Source of the DNA: Sphaerodactylus townsendi
Lineage: Eukaryota
NCBI RefSeq assembly: GCF_021028975.2
Contig: NC_059432.1
Span: 41,540,001-41,604,000, forward strand
Length of the DNA stretch: 64,000 nucleotides
Direction of reading: 5' to 3'
The position numbers and the translations under genes are program-made. Each line of letters starts with the position of its first letter. Position 1 is the first letter of the stretch. Below the pieces are notes generated by a model, which ran no database searches, had not been told where the DNA came from, and worked only from the letters and a program-made list of their open reading frames with translations. Below, piece by piece: positions 25,134 through 38,620 of the stretch.

Positions 25134-25320
25134 CTTTTAAAAAAGGCAAGTCATAAAACATGGTTTTATTTTCATATTCTTATTTATGGTTTAGACTGTG
25201 CTGGCGGATCTTGTCTACACTGTACCTTTTAGTCATGCTAAATGTTTTAAAAGGATTTCGGTCTAAACGTTTGTGACACATTTGCATTTAAATGAAACTC
25301 ACAGGGCAGGCTTGTCATCC

Positions 25321-25628
25321 NNNNNNNNNNNNNNNNNNNNNNNNNNNNNNNNNNNNNNNNNNNNNNNNNNNNNNNNNNNNNNNNNNNNNNNNNNNNNNNN
25401 NNNNNNNNNNNNNNNNNNNNNNNNNNNNNNNNNNNNNNNNNNNNNNNNNNNNNNNNNNNNNNNNNNNNNNNNNNNNNNNNNNNNNNNNNNNNNNNNNNNN
25501 NNNNNNNNNNNNNNNNNNNNNNNNNNNNNNNNNNNNNNNNNNNNNNNNNNNNNNNNNNNNNNNNNNNNNNNNNNNNNNNNNNNNNNNNNNNNNNNNNNNN
25601 NNNNNNNNNNNNNNNNNNNNNNNNNNNN
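25321..25628. other. Assembly gap in GLRX3 intron 2
   Basis: Run of N; the coding frame is complete without it. Confidence 1.
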
Positions 25629-28600
25629 TAAACTATTGATGCCTGCTAAATTTTAGCTTTTAACTCCTACAAGGCTGCTAGATATTAATATACTACTGAT
25701 TGTGGAGCCTGGACAGATAATCAGACATGAAATGACAGAAAATGCAAACAGATTTTCATTCTTGCACAAAAAAAGCACAGGTATGGGTTCAGTTCACACA
25801 AAATACCAGGCAATGGTGTAGTGTTAGATGAGCCATGCCTCCAGTTCATGCAGCTCCCTCCTCCCCTTGCTGCAATTCTCTGGCTTGTTTGGATGGCAAA
25901 TGCAGACCATAGCTTGCCATCATAACTGGAATGACCAACAGCAGTTTGCTTAAAATGGGGAATGAATTATAATGCATAATGGGAAACACAGGAAGGAGCA
26001 CAACAGAGTAAGATTCATGCACATAACAATTCATGACTAGCGTTATGTCTACATCCCATGCTCAAATATCTAAACTGCCAATGAACAAGATTGAATGTTT
26101 GTGAGAGGGAAGATAAAATAAGGACAGTTCAATTAAGAAAACAGTGGTCTGAAATGGAAAACAACAACATGATAGTTAACCCCGACAGCCCAAATAAGCT
26201 TCATGGACATAAAGACAAGATATGCATTTACCCCACATTTCAGATTACCACACAAAAGCAAACGATGGATGGGGGTCCCAACATGGTTTGCAACTATCTT
26301 GACAAGAAGTTCACAAGACCAGGAGAAAAGGCTCAACGGCAATTTTAATTTGTATGTGTGTAACATGTCAAACAGTCACACAATATAGCTTGCTTATTGA
26401 TGCTATATGTTTAGATAATACACATGAAAAATAAGGTATAGGCTGGTTTAGTGTTTTCGTGGGAAAGGGAGGGAATAATGTAGAAGTATTTTGCAAGTGG
26501 GTCCTGAAATGTATAGTAAGTTTAGAAGTGGGTTCCACTTCAAGATGTTTGAAAAACACTTCATGGACTCAACATTTACTGGAATACTCAAGTCCCCAAA
26601 TCATTCACAGAATACATCCATCAACATTCACGTGGTAACACTGCCAGAAACTGAACACAGGTCATTTTATATGTATTGTACTTTACAAGTGTATGACACA
26701 AGTTCAGCACTGTACTCGAATGCACTAGTTAAATAACATCTACGTTTCAGAACAGCAGGAAGCTGGAAGTGAAAATAAATTATCAGATATAAGAAACAGT
26801 TTCAGTTTTTATTTGGAATACATCAGTTTTTAAGCGCTGACAGGAACGATGAAAAAGGCACTCAAGAAATAATTGCAAATCACCTTTAACATAAGATGAC
26901 TGACAGGCCAATCTGAAGCAGAGTTATTCTACTACAAACCCAATGAAATCTATGGGCTTGGACTGGAGCTAGCTCTACACAGAATTGAACTGCAAATTTT
27001 CTCACAACTCCTTACAATTGATTTGAAAGCTCCCCAATGCCAACATGCCAGGATTTCGTGGTTGTTTTATTTGGGAAGGTTTTCTGTGGTACTTTGTTTT
27101 AGTCTTTGTTTTTTATTGTGATTTTTCCTACTGCTTCCCTGTATTTTTCTACTGTTCCTTTGATATTTTCCTTTAGGGCAGTCCTCCTCTTACAGAGCTA
27201 AGACCAACCAGATTTCATTTTTGAAAAAAAACCCCAATAATGAAAACCTCTTACCACGAGGAAAGCTTTCATGTCATTGAAAAGGGTGGCCATTCTGAGG
27301 CGACACAGCCACTTCAGAGGACTATATTAGACTGAATTAGCTCAGTGAGTACAGCTAAAGAGACCAATATGCTTTCTGTTTTAACATGACTGATGATATA
27401 TTTTCCTATTTCTTTTTTTATAATAATTCATTCTAAGCCCCATCAGTTTTCTTAATCATTAGCATAAGTAGGCAAACAGATTAGAGTCTATAATTAATTT
27501 TACTTGACAGCACAGTGAAAGGCTTGAAAGATAACATAACTTTCTGCTGTAGCTATCAATTATTAGTAGAAACCTAATATTTACCACTCTGCTACACATA
27601 ATTCTATTATCCCAAATGCAGATCTGTTCCATACTATAAGTTCTCTTGTATGCTATGCTTCACTCAGCTGTTTACTATTTAAATATGCCTGTTACATATT
27701 ATGACACGAAGGTGCAATCTTCAGATTGCATAGTATGTTTAATGTTGAGTTTCTTCAATAATACTGCATTATCCTATTGTTTTGATCACTAAGTAAGCAC
27801 TGCTGAAAGAAACTTACTCCCAGGTAAACAGAATAAGATTATAGATGTATAGTTTTTAACTGAAAGCAAACCCCTACTTCAACTAACGATCCAGCAAACC
27901 AGTTTTGTCGGCTTCAAATTTGTCTCAACAGTTCTGGTTGTAAACTATCTTAAACTTCTATGTCTCCACTCTCCTATTGCGGTCTGAACCTCTCCCGCTG
28001 CAAAAAAAAAAAAATACTGCTCGTTGGGACCCCTAGGACCAACCTGGTGGGAGAGCTGGAGGACTTCTGGAAGAGTTAAGAAACCAGCAAAAACTACACA
28101 CACCTTTCACGCATGGATCTTTCCCATGGGATTCGATCCTATTGGCGTATTTATTCTTCAACATGTACAAGGATAAAAACATAACAGTAATACACTCTTC
28201 ATCTAATCCTTCAGTAAGACTCTTACTGAATAATCAGCACTCTTCACGTAATCCTTCAGAACCTCACATTCCAAGGATGAAAACAACCTGGTAACCTTGC
28301 AGCTCAGGCCAAGTTCCCTGGTTCAAGATTAAAAATATTTATCTTCTTCTTTCCATATTTGGCCCTGCCTGTACATTCCACTATGCCAAAACAATTCCCA
28401 GCATCCGTAAAAGTAAAAGCAGTTCCAGGATTCCCTTTGGAAAGCTGGTTCGGAGCTTAAATAAAATCATATCAATTTCTGTGACATACAGTCATAACTA
28501 ATTATCCTACTGCTTCTTATCTTTATCCCAAATAATCCCCCTGACAAGAAAAAATATTTTTGAAATCTAAATGCTGTTTGTTTAGTGTCTTTGTTTTATC

Positions 28601-30941
28601 TTCTGTTACTGGGGCAAATAAAAAATTTTTCCACATAACATACCTCCCAGTTTATTCAGAATGCTACTTCCAAATAGCTTCAATATCTGTAGAAAACCCA
28701 AATGATTATTGTATTATTAGTTAACGGTTACTTCTTCTGAATAAAAGTACGAGTAAATAAATAAGAGCATTTATTTGCCTAACCAACACCCTCCCTGCCT
28801 TGATTAAAAAAATGCTTAGCACTTAAAAAAAGTACAACTACCCTAATCTCAAATCCTTGTTTAAGAAGAGATTTAAGCTTAAAAGAAGATTTAAGCTTCA
28901 AGAAGTAAGAACATTAACATTTAGCAAGATCTGGCTAGTTATTCCAAGGCAATTTTTGGTACTGAGCGCTTTCCACATCTGTTTCTATCCTCAGATCTAT
29001 GAGCCACAGTACCTATGCATCCATAATCCTCTTGACACCCATCCCAGAAATAGCATTTCCCACCCCTCACTCTGCATCAGGGCCCCCCCCCCGCCGCCTT
29101 CCTTCAGTCTCATTCGACTAATTTCTACTCTACTCCCCCTTCATCTGTTCTGTTGGACCCCATGAAGTTTTCAAAAATCTTGTCTTTGGACCTGGCAAGA
29201 GAGTCCAATCACCTTCTGTTTTCTTTACATGAACTAATGGTCAACATTTTTGCAGCCATTTCTGTCAGCAGACAGTTTTCGCTTAGTCTGATATTCACAT
29301 GGCAGCCTTAGAGATGGGAATTGGCAGGAAAATTTACTGGCAGTCCAAACCATCATGAACAGAGTAGTATCCACACTGAAGACCTTATTCTAGTGGCAAC
29401 AATATTTGAGGGCAGAATTGCACTGAGACTTTCTCTTCCAGAGTTGTTGTTTTTTAATGTGTACAATTAAGACATTGTGACTAGTGTATGAAGTGGGAAA
29501 TCAGCCTAGAGAGAGAGAAAGGGCATATTTATTCTCAGGCTGTTTTATGATGAAAGTTGGGAGAAGAAGAACTAAAAGAACCTGAAAAGAATAACCTTAA
29601 AACATTAATCTTCGCCATATAAGTACAACCACAACCATTTCACCAAACCCACCCCACATCTGCCATCCATATCAGCCTCTGCTAAAATAGAGCTAAAAGG
29701 AATTTTTGACTTGGAAAAGCTATCCAAACATTAATTGTTGTATTGGATAAGGTTCACATTACAGTAATAAAGATGCCAGCCTCCAGGTGGGACCTGGGGA
29801 TCCCCTGGAATTACAGCTCAGCTCCAAACTACAGAGTCCAGTTTCCCAGAAGAAAATGGATGCTTCAGAGGTTGGACAATATAGCCCTGTACCCCACTGA
29901 GGTCCCAAGCCCCATCCCCAAATATCCAGGAGTTCCTAACATGGATCTGACAACCTTACCCCTGCCCCTTCTATAAACTGCCAGGGGGACCTTGCAACTC
30001 CGTACAGTAACCATCACCTCAGCAACACTTCTCAACGTTTTCAATCTAAGACCATTTTAAACCTATAGCATGCAAACTTTTATTTTTCCCTCTCACATGC
30101 CCTAAAGATTTCTCCTCTCCCCATTACCCTGGCCACCATTAAAAGCAATGTGTCTGTCCCATTTTCCAGACCTAAAAGAACTTCAAACGGAGGCTACTGA
30201 AATAGAGCAGGAAAACATGAGAACGGCCTTCCTTCTACTTCAACCTCAAACAACTTTTCATTTCTATCTAATGCCAGTTCAATATCCCTCGTGGTCACAC
30301 TGCACTGCCAATGGAAGGCCTTCTCCCATGTACAAAGCACTCAAGCACTGGAAATTTCACAGGACAACAATAAAATAGGCGGAAGAAGGTCTGAGTTCTC
30401 TCCTTTTCTCATCAACAAAGTTCAGCTGCTATGAACAGCTATGCAAAAAGTTTATAAGCCAACCGTTTTCTCTCTTGGACTGTGGAGCTTCTGCCCCCCA
30501 GTCTGCCAATGACAGTGTCAACCAATTAGTTCCTTTTCTATAGAAATCCAGTTTGGGATGCCAATTTCACTCCTACACGAAAGTGAATAGGGTTTTCCGC
30601 ACCAACAGGCACTTTGCCAGTCCTCACAAATCTCAACATTGACCATCACCAAAGGCACTCTTGGATCCCTACCACATAATCAAGCAGACGAGGCTATTTG
30701 TTTGGAGAAGAAAAGACATTCTGATATCAAGTACACACTATTTAAACTGAGACTAGGCAACAAATAACATCAATAGGACCCCCATGATAGCAAAAATGTA
30801 TCCTACTTGCCCAGCTTCTGGTTCTGGAAATTCTGACAACCTGGGACAATTTGTTAAGGCAGCATTTTCATCTTCCCCACTATTTATGCACATAGCCAGC
30901 AATCATGCTATACCATAATGTATTTTGACAGGCTAACTTAC

Positions 30942-31050
30942 TTTCACAAATGTAACCCGTGGGTGTTCTTTTGACAATTCAGCCATGACAGTATTCATTT
31001 GAACACACTGAGGAGCCCATGGGGCCCAAAAGTGAACCACCACCAGAGAC
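30942..31050 (-). CDS. GLRX3: GLRX3 exon 2, thioredoxin-like domain ([36 protein letters not shown])
   Basis: Diagnostic WAPQC motif; CAG acceptor and GTAAGT donor; 109 nt. Confidence 0.97.
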
Positions 31051-31977
31051 CTGTGACAAAAGAGGGAACATACAAAGGTTAAGTATTGACAGTATGACAA
31101 TATGACTGACAATATGAAATAAAACTAACTGAAACCACAACAATACCTATTGTTAAAGAATATTTAGCAAAAGCCTAGGAAAGATCTTTCTCCACCTGAA
31201 CCTTTGAAGAGCTGCAAACAATAACAGCTGGCAGCTGAAGCATATCACAAATCTCAGAGTCTCTCCCATGACTCTGCTGAGGTCCTACATTTAAAGTTTG
31301 ATACTTCAATTCCATTAACTCATTTGGGCTTCTACAGACTTTTTACAGTCACCTGAAAATCCACAAAACCAGTTCAACCAGCCCCTACTCATGACACCAA
31401 GCACCAGAAGAGTGTCAATCCAGCAGCTTCCTTGATGAGTATAGTAGATATTGTGATCCAAACCAGAACATGTACTTTGTTCTGTGTGCTAGCTTTTGCC
31501 ACACCACAACCACCCTCTCATGGCTGGATAATCAGTCATGGAAGCTTTTAGAGAGAAAATTCTCTGCACAAAAGGGAACATCCAGGAAGAAGAGAATGTC
31601 CCAGGATATTTGTTCTACTGAAATCTTTGAGCACAACAGCCCTGATGTCAGCAAAACCTGGTAAGACAGAGAATTATTCACAATGCTAAATCCTAGTGGG
31701 AATCTGTACTTTAAGTGTGGCTACATGATTTTTTAAAAAGCACTACCATGGGGGGGGGGGGGGACACAGAAACAACTCACAGCAGCACAAGAGCGGAAAG
31801 GTTTAGAGCCCCTTCTTCTCCTGTGCTGTTCTTCCTCTTTTATTTGCAGCCTCTACAGAATGTTGTTTGAAAACGCTATTCCATTTCTCTCATGTACAAT
31901 ATTTTTCATGAAAATGAGCACAGATTTGTATATTATTTGAAAAATTATATTTGAGCAAGGTTTAGTAATATGCAAGG

Positions 31978-32381
31978 GTGGAAAGTGCCGTCAAGTCACA
32001 GCTGACTTATGGCAACCCTGTAGGGCAGCGGTTCTCAACGTGTGGGTCGTGACCCCTTTGGGGGTCGAACAACCCTTTCACAGGGGTCGCCTAAGACTCT
32101 CTGCATCAGTGTTCTCCATCTGTAAAATGGATAAATGTTAGGGTTGGGGGTCACCACAACATGAGGAACTGTATTAAAGGGTCGCGGCATTAGGAAGGTT
32201 GAGAACCACTGCCGTAGGGTTTTCAAGGCAAGAGAAGTTTGGAGGTGGTTTGCCATAACTGCCACCACATGGGCTGGGAGAACTGTGACTGGACCAAGGT
32301 CACCCAGCAGGCCTCATGTGGAATCAAACCTGCTTCTCCAGATTAGAGTCTGCCACTGTTAAGCATTACACCATGCTGGCT
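31978..32381 (-). mobile_element. SINE with RTE/Bov-B-like (Sauria-type) tail, interrupted by the SPIN MITE
   Basis: Minus-strand tail GGGTTGCCATAAGTCAGCTGTGACTTGACGGCAC; tRNA-like head at ~32320-32381. Confidence 0.65.
32026..32211. mobile_element. SPIN-family (hAT) MITE
   Basis: CAGCGGTTCTCAAC..GGGGGTCGAAC..CCCTTTCACAGGGGTCGCCTAAGAC and CACCACAACATGAGGAACTGTATTAAAGGGTCGCGGCATTAGGAAGGTTGAGAACCACTG match SPIN/URR1 ends; TSD CTGTAGGG/CCGTAGGG. Confidence 0.88.
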
Positions 32382-32660
32382 TTTTACAACACATGCAAAC
32401 TAAATAATTCAATGTGAAATAAATCTTTGCCCCACGGAAATTAGTGGCAGAATTCTTACATAGATTTTAGCATTGTGTTTTCCCTGAATGCTGAGCTGGT
32501 GCTACTAACTGCCTGTGCATATCCAAGCATATTCCTAAGCTGGAAGACTTCCACAGCAAGGTCAGGATGCGTAGCTCACTCATTTTACTCAGCAAAAACA
32601 AATCTAAAGAAACATCCAATGCAAGAATTTTAGCATACACACATTCAAGTTCATTCCTAC

Positions 32661-32850
32661 AAGAAGAAGAAGAGTTGGATTTACATCCCCCCTTTCTCTC
32701 CTGTAAGGAAAATCAAAGGGGCTTACAAACTCCTCGCCCTTCCCCCCTCACAACAAACACCCTGTGAGGTGGGTGGGGCTGAGAGAGCTCCGAAAAGCTG
32801 TGACTAGCCCAAGGTCACCCAGCTGGCGTGTGTGGGAGTGCACAGGCTAA
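32661..32850 (-). mobile_element. Same SINE family, 3' half
   Basis: (AAG)n tail plus body. Confidence 0.8.
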
Positions 32851-34206
32851 AGATGCACCTAGAGATCTGAAGGATGCTATAGTGGACTTATTAAATATTT
32901 TATTTTTATTGTATTTTTGGACAGGCCTGAAGTTGAAAAAATAGATATAGCAGTTCAAAACCACATTTTCAAATGTTCACACAAGACAGGCTACTGTTGG
33001 GAATATTACTGCCCAATCCAGGGGTCGGGGGTGAAGGGAGCTTTGGAGGTGGCAAATCCCTACACGGGTGGATTTGCCTTCCCCATGGCATTTACCCTGG
33101 TAGAGAGGCAAATTCATTGGCAGGCAGCCACAGTGGCACTCCTTGACAGCCAATTACAGCTCTGACTAGTAGGTCATTCCAGAGGGGTGACCCATGGGTG
33201 GAGCTGACATTAGTTGGCTTCCACCATAGCAGCGCCTCCCCGGGCTCTGGCATCTGGGTAGAATAAGCCCACTGAGCCCAATGGAGGGTCTCCCCATGCC
33301 ACTGAAAAGCCCTCTGGAGGCAGCAGGGCGGCAACACAGCAACGCTATCCCTGCCTGCCCCAGAGTTCTGGATTTGGCTGCCCATGCCATGTAGATTAAA
33401 TTTACAGGCTTCAGGCACAGCACTAAACTCTAGCAATTGAAGCATCCCTTCGGAAAAAGTTCTTAGCACATCTGCTTAACTCTACTAACTTTGGTTTGCT
33501 AGATATCCTTTAAAAATAAAGGCCAATCCTAGTGCCAAAAACCTGCATATACCAGAAGGGCTCCAAAAGCCATCTCTATCTTCAGGAAAAGGAGTAATTT
33601 TTGAAAGAAAATGCACAGGTATTTACATAAAGAGAATACAGAGGCCAGAACACGGTTACTGAGCCCTCAACAAGGTCCTTATCTCTTCTGCAGTTTAGGT
33701 GCCATTCTTTGGAAGCATAAACTTCTTGAACTCCGTTAATAAAAGGAAGAATTTCTAGAAGAGAATTTCCTGGACTTAAACTTCACTGGGAGCCACATCA
33801 CCTAAGTTGTAAACTTAAACTTGGAAAGGGCACTGCACGCTTAATTTGTATTTCACACACCCCTAGACTGGGATCTGGAGTCAAAAACCCTGATAATATA
33901 TTATCCTCCTCCTAGAAATGATTAAACTGAATTAACACCCCCCACACTAGCAAACACAAAATGGACAAGCAGAATAGCAAAAAGTCCATCCCTGGACCAT
34001 CCCAATGACTGAGGAGAGACGCGGGAAAGTAATAACATGCAGGTAACTAAACCCAGAGGCAAGTGATCGTGTGCAGGCAGCATCCGTGTGGCCTTGCCAA
34101 CATGTCCCGCACGGCTTTCCCAGGCCGGCTTCTCTTCTTTTCCCTTCCATCGGTCACCAGTCTGTAGTAACCATAAGCAGATCAGGGAATAGAGAATCCG
34201 ACGTAC

Positions 34207-34298
34207 TTTCCCGGCTGCTGCAGCAGCTGCTGGAACCGGTCGGAGGATGTCGCTTCCACCACGGCAGCCGCCGTCCCTCCCTCCTCCGTCGCCGCCAT
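34207..34298 (-). CDS. GLRX3: GLRX3 exon 1 (MAATEEGGTAAAVVEATSSDRFQQLLQQPGK)
   Basis: ATG in strong Kozak context (GCCATGG) inside a CpG island; 92 nt; donor AA|GTACGT; phase 2 joins exon 2 in frame. Confidence 0.93.
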
Positions 34299-34299
34299 G

Positions 34300-34620
34300 G
34301 CTGGTGTTGATCCTCCCCACCGGGGCAAAGCACAAGGCGTTGTTAAAAGCGCATGCTACACCTCAGCCTATCGCCTTGCCCACAGTGCCTCATTGCGCAT
34401 GCTCCTCTTCACTTAAACGCTCATGCCACCCTGAGCCTATCACCTCGTCCGCAGCCCCTCATTGCGCATGCTCATCTGTCGCTTACTTGTCGAACCCGAT
34501 ACCATTTCGAGAACGGGTGCTGAAATCTCGCGCATGCGGGCTGAGGCGAGAGCGTGAGGTTTTGTTTCCGCCCACAGTTCTGAAGTGCGGTAGCTGCCTC
34601 GAGCTTCGTCATGCAATCTT
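34300..34620 (-). promoter_or_regulatory. GLRX3 CpG-island promoter with NRF1-like sites
   Basis: CpG-rich; TGCGCATGCTC at 34394 and 34463, CGCGCATGCG at 34529; no obvious TATA box. Confidence 0.75.
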
Positions 34621-35060
34621 ACCTAAATTAATAGATTTTACTCACTCCCAGGTAAGATGTAGACAGCAGAAGATTGCCATTCTTTGCACTATTTACTATT
34701 TGGTAGTAAATCTTATTGCTGGGACTGCCTTCCGCTTAAGCATGCATAAGGATGACCCATGCATTCCATTCTTCGAGCCTGTCTTGGGAGTGGGGTGAAT
34801 CCACTGGATTCTTTATTTATTAGTAGTAAAAGAATCCCGCATGCGGCAAGTATGGATCTAAATTTCTTGCTGTAATAAGCGAAATGATCACTGTCAGAAT
34901 TCTGTAGTCATGTAGACCATATTGCTGTTTTTCGAAGTGTTTCATCAGTACCATCAGGCTATCTTGAGCTTGTACCACATTTTCAGATTTGCTTATACAA
35001 GCAACAGCTTCCAGAGGTGCCGCTTCTCCAATAGGTTCACCTGCATTCTCAAGTGGCATA

Positions 35061-35263
35061 AGGTTGCCAACCTTTAGACGTTGGCTGGAAATCTCCAGGA
35101 ATCACAACTGATCTTCGAGTTGCACAGATAGGTTCCCCTGGAGAAAATGGCTGCTGTGGAATCTAAATCCAAGTGAGGACCCTCGCCTCCCCAAATCTTG
35201 TCCTTCCCAGGCTCTCCTGGGCTCGCATCTCCAGGAATTTCCAAATTTACAGCTGGCAACCCT
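35061..35263. mobile_element. MITE with AGGTTGCCA / TGGCAACCCT termini (related copies at ~9131-9289 and ~29770-30000)
   Basis: Terminal inverted repeats; body similar to the 29770 copy. Confidence 0.6.
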
Positions 35264-36749
35264 ACTGTGGCTCAGTGGAATGCCTGAGCAGATCAGAAAG
35301 GCTCCCACAGTCAATGTGCAAAACAGTAATGGATCCCAGTGGCACTTTTAAAAAGAGATTAGAACTGACACCAAATGAAAGAGCCCAATAGGACATTTTT
35401 AGGATGGCTTAGGACAACTGGAATTATTATTGTAGATATCATCTGCTTTTTACTTTACCTCGTAGTCCATTTTTTGTTTATAGTGTACCTTCCTTTAAAT
35501 AGTCTGTTTGCATTGTTTTATAATTCTGTAATCGTAGTCCATTGTATTGTCCATAGCACTTTCAACCTGTGAAAAAGACAGCCTATAAAGTTAAACAAAT
35601 GATTTAAAAAATCTTCTGTTGCACTGTGATCCTTCATTTCAAGGAAATACTAAACAAATGTCCCATTTTCATGTTTTGGAACTGAGATACCTTGACAGAT
35701 GTAAATGACAGGGGTGCCACTCAGTCTACAATTTCAGTTACTTCATAAAACTCAGATATTATTTTTCTTACTGTTCCCATCCAGGTTGTAGGCTGTTTTT
35801 GTAAAGTATTTTCCATGGGAAGCACTCTCAGATAAAAGTGCATTTATTGAAGCCACAAAGGTAGAACATATAGTAAGTGAAAAAGGACTACTGCTGCTGC
35901 AAGGAATTTGTTGGGATGTTTTAATGTTATGCTGCAGTTTTTAATGGGAATGTTTTAGTCTGCCACGTAGAGATCTGGTATACAGGCAGGGTATAAATTT
36001 AATGAATAAATAAACAGCCTATGAGCAATTGACTGACAGAATGTGCTGTTCTTGGCTGCTTCTGCTGAAGTAGTAATGTTCACTAACACTGTATTATGTA
36101 TTGTATTATGGGATGAGTTCTCTAGATATCTGAGAAGTATAACGGGAGAAATTTCTCACAGTATAAAGTTGCAGGGTTGCGAATGCATCCATATGGAACC
36201 GTTTCTCTACCTTCACTTTCAAACAGCAGCAGGTTAGAGAGCTGGAACATCCACACACCATCATATTCTAATTTCCACTTTCTAGGGTTTCTGCATCCTC
36301 AATATGTTTTTCTCAACCCTGTTTTGATATGATCTTTCACTAAAGCATGCAGTCCAAGTGCCTCAGCAAGTAATTTAGATGAAAATATGCACATTTTCAA
36401 AGGTTTTGCTCACATTAGTGCCATTTCTCCTCCATCAGCCTCCTCACAACTGTTATTTTTACTGCCATGCCACTGGAAGGCTTTTTTCCCTGATTAGTAT
36501 TTTTTGTTCCACAGTCTTTTGGGAACTTGAGAATTAGCATGTGTGGTTTGCTGTGCTGCTTTAGAAAAAACTGGATGAGTGGTTTAAAAGGATCCTTTAG
36601 GACCCAGGCAGAGGCAGCCGTCAGGCCAATAGGCAGGTGGGTGGACAGTGAGTGGAAATCACTGATTCCCCAAATCAGCCACACAAAATAGGGTAGGGAG
36701 GGGGAAGGGCTCATCATCTGGTCATGGTCCATCCACCCTGGTTTACATC

Positions 36750-37035
36750 AGCCAGCGTGGTATAGTGATTAAGAGCAGGTGCACTCTAATCTGGATAACC
36801 TGGTTTGACTCCCTGCTCTGCCAGTTGAGCTGTGAAGGCTTATCTGGTGAACTAGATTAGCTTGTGCACTCCCAACATGCTAGCTAGGTGACCTTGGGCT
36901 AGTCACAGTTCTTTGGAGCTCTGTCAGCCCTACCCACCTCACAGGGTGTTTGTTGTGAGGTGGGAAGGGAAAGGAGTTTGTCTTTGAGTCTCCTTACAGG
37001 AGAGAAAGGGAGGATTATAAATCCAACTCTTCTTC
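36750..37035 (+). mobile_element. Same SINE family
   Basis: Collinear with 7722-8035. Confidence 0.85.
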
Positions 37036-37749
37036 AATTAACATTTTAACATCACATTTCCTTTTCCTGTAATGCCTCCCTTGAATTTCTCTCCACTCTG
37101 TTTGCTGTGCATCGTGCTTAAAGACTAAAGGTTCAAAAGAAATTAGATTTTCAGGATTTGATGCAAAATCAGTTTTAAGTGACACTGCTACCCATGCAAA
37201 AAAGCCCTGCATATATTTTATGTATTCATTTAAATATTCCTATTTAACTTCAAGTACTCTGTTATCTTTTTAAACTGCTGACACTCCATTTCATTAAATT
37301 GCCTTCAGCTTCATTGCCTTGATTGATTAGGTACAATGGATATATATTAACACTGTGATGTATGTATTAAGACACATTTTGGAGGAACAAAGTAAGAATG
37401 AAATGAGATGCTACTTCTAAGAATACCAAATCTAAACATCAGGTAGAGAGCCACAAGCCACAGGGAGAAAGAGGTGTGGAGGTACATTCTCAAACTATGC
37501 AGGAAAACCAGTTGTATGATTTCCACCCCTACCACCCAGTTTTTTTTCATGTGCAAGACATCCTCACAGTCTGAGCAGATGAGCAGTGGGAGGAAGCAGC
37601 TAATTGACCCTTTTCATCATTTGCTTTAAAATCACCTATTCCCTTAAGCTGCTTGTGTACCCAAATATTGGGAGTTGACAAGGTTTCTCATGCTTTGTTG
37701 TTTATGGAATTGTAGAGTCCTGAGGCACTTATATTTGCCCTCTATAGCT

Positions 37750-38050
37750 GAGGAGGAAGAGGTGGAGTTTGGATTTATATCCCCCCTTTCTCTCCTGTAG
37801 GAGACTCAAAGGGGCTTTTAATCTCCTTGCCCTTCCCCCCTCACAACAAACACCCTGTGAGGTAGGTGGGGCTGAGAGAGCTCCAAGAAGCTGTGACTAG
37901 CCCAAGGTCACCCAGCTGGCGTGTGTGGGAGTGTACAGGCTAATCTGAATTCCCCGGATAAGCCTCCACAGCTCAGGCAGCAGAGCGGAGAATCAAACCC
38001 AGTTCCTCCAGATTAGATACACAAGCTCTTAACCTCCTACCCCACTGCTG
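37750..38050 (-). mobile_element. Same SINE family
   Basis: Reverse complement of 7722-8035. Confidence 0.85.
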
Positions 38051-38389
38051 GTCCTGCTAAGTGAGGAATCCCCAGTTATACAGGTGGTTTTGTTTGCTGA
38101 CCTGGGGACGTTATGTGTGAATAAACTGCACTACAATCAGTGGGACATTTCCAAGCAATATGTAGAACCATGGCGTTCAGCAGCTGAGAAAACCAGGATT
38201 TCAGTCCCCTTCCATCATTGTTTTTATTGTGACATATCTCTGATCCACAAACCACTTAAACCCTTATATACGCCATGCCCTTATTTTCATTTAATATGGT
38301 AATGACACTATTCAGCATCCAAGCACAAACCTGATGCCACTGAATGTTAAGGATCATCTGGATACGTGGATCTCCCTACACCAATTATA

Positions 38390-38620
38390 GAAAGAATACT
38401 GCTTCCTAAAATAAATACCCTCCCTAGTCTCTTATATCAACTACAACTGTTTCAGAAAATTTAAAACCTCACACTTTAATAAGCTCCACAAGACCTTTTC
38501 AAGGTTCATTTAGTAGGCAAAAAACAAGAATTGTCATTAAAAATGTATAGGCCCATTGAGACATGGGAGAACTAAATCTCCCTAATGTTAGGCTATATTT
38601 CTGGGCATCCCATATGGAAT
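38390..38620 (+). mobile_element. Degraded L1/Tx1-like ORF2 fragment
   Basis: KINTLPSLLYQLQL resembles the post-RT KMNILPRLLY motif. Confidence 0.4.

Noticed and set aside
25321-25628. Missing GLRX3 exon in the gap
   Set aside because: Exons 2 and 3 join in frame and the protein is already full length
34247-34798. 183-aa antisense ORF over the GLRX3 promoter
   Set aside because: Expected by chance in a CpG island; low-complexity product
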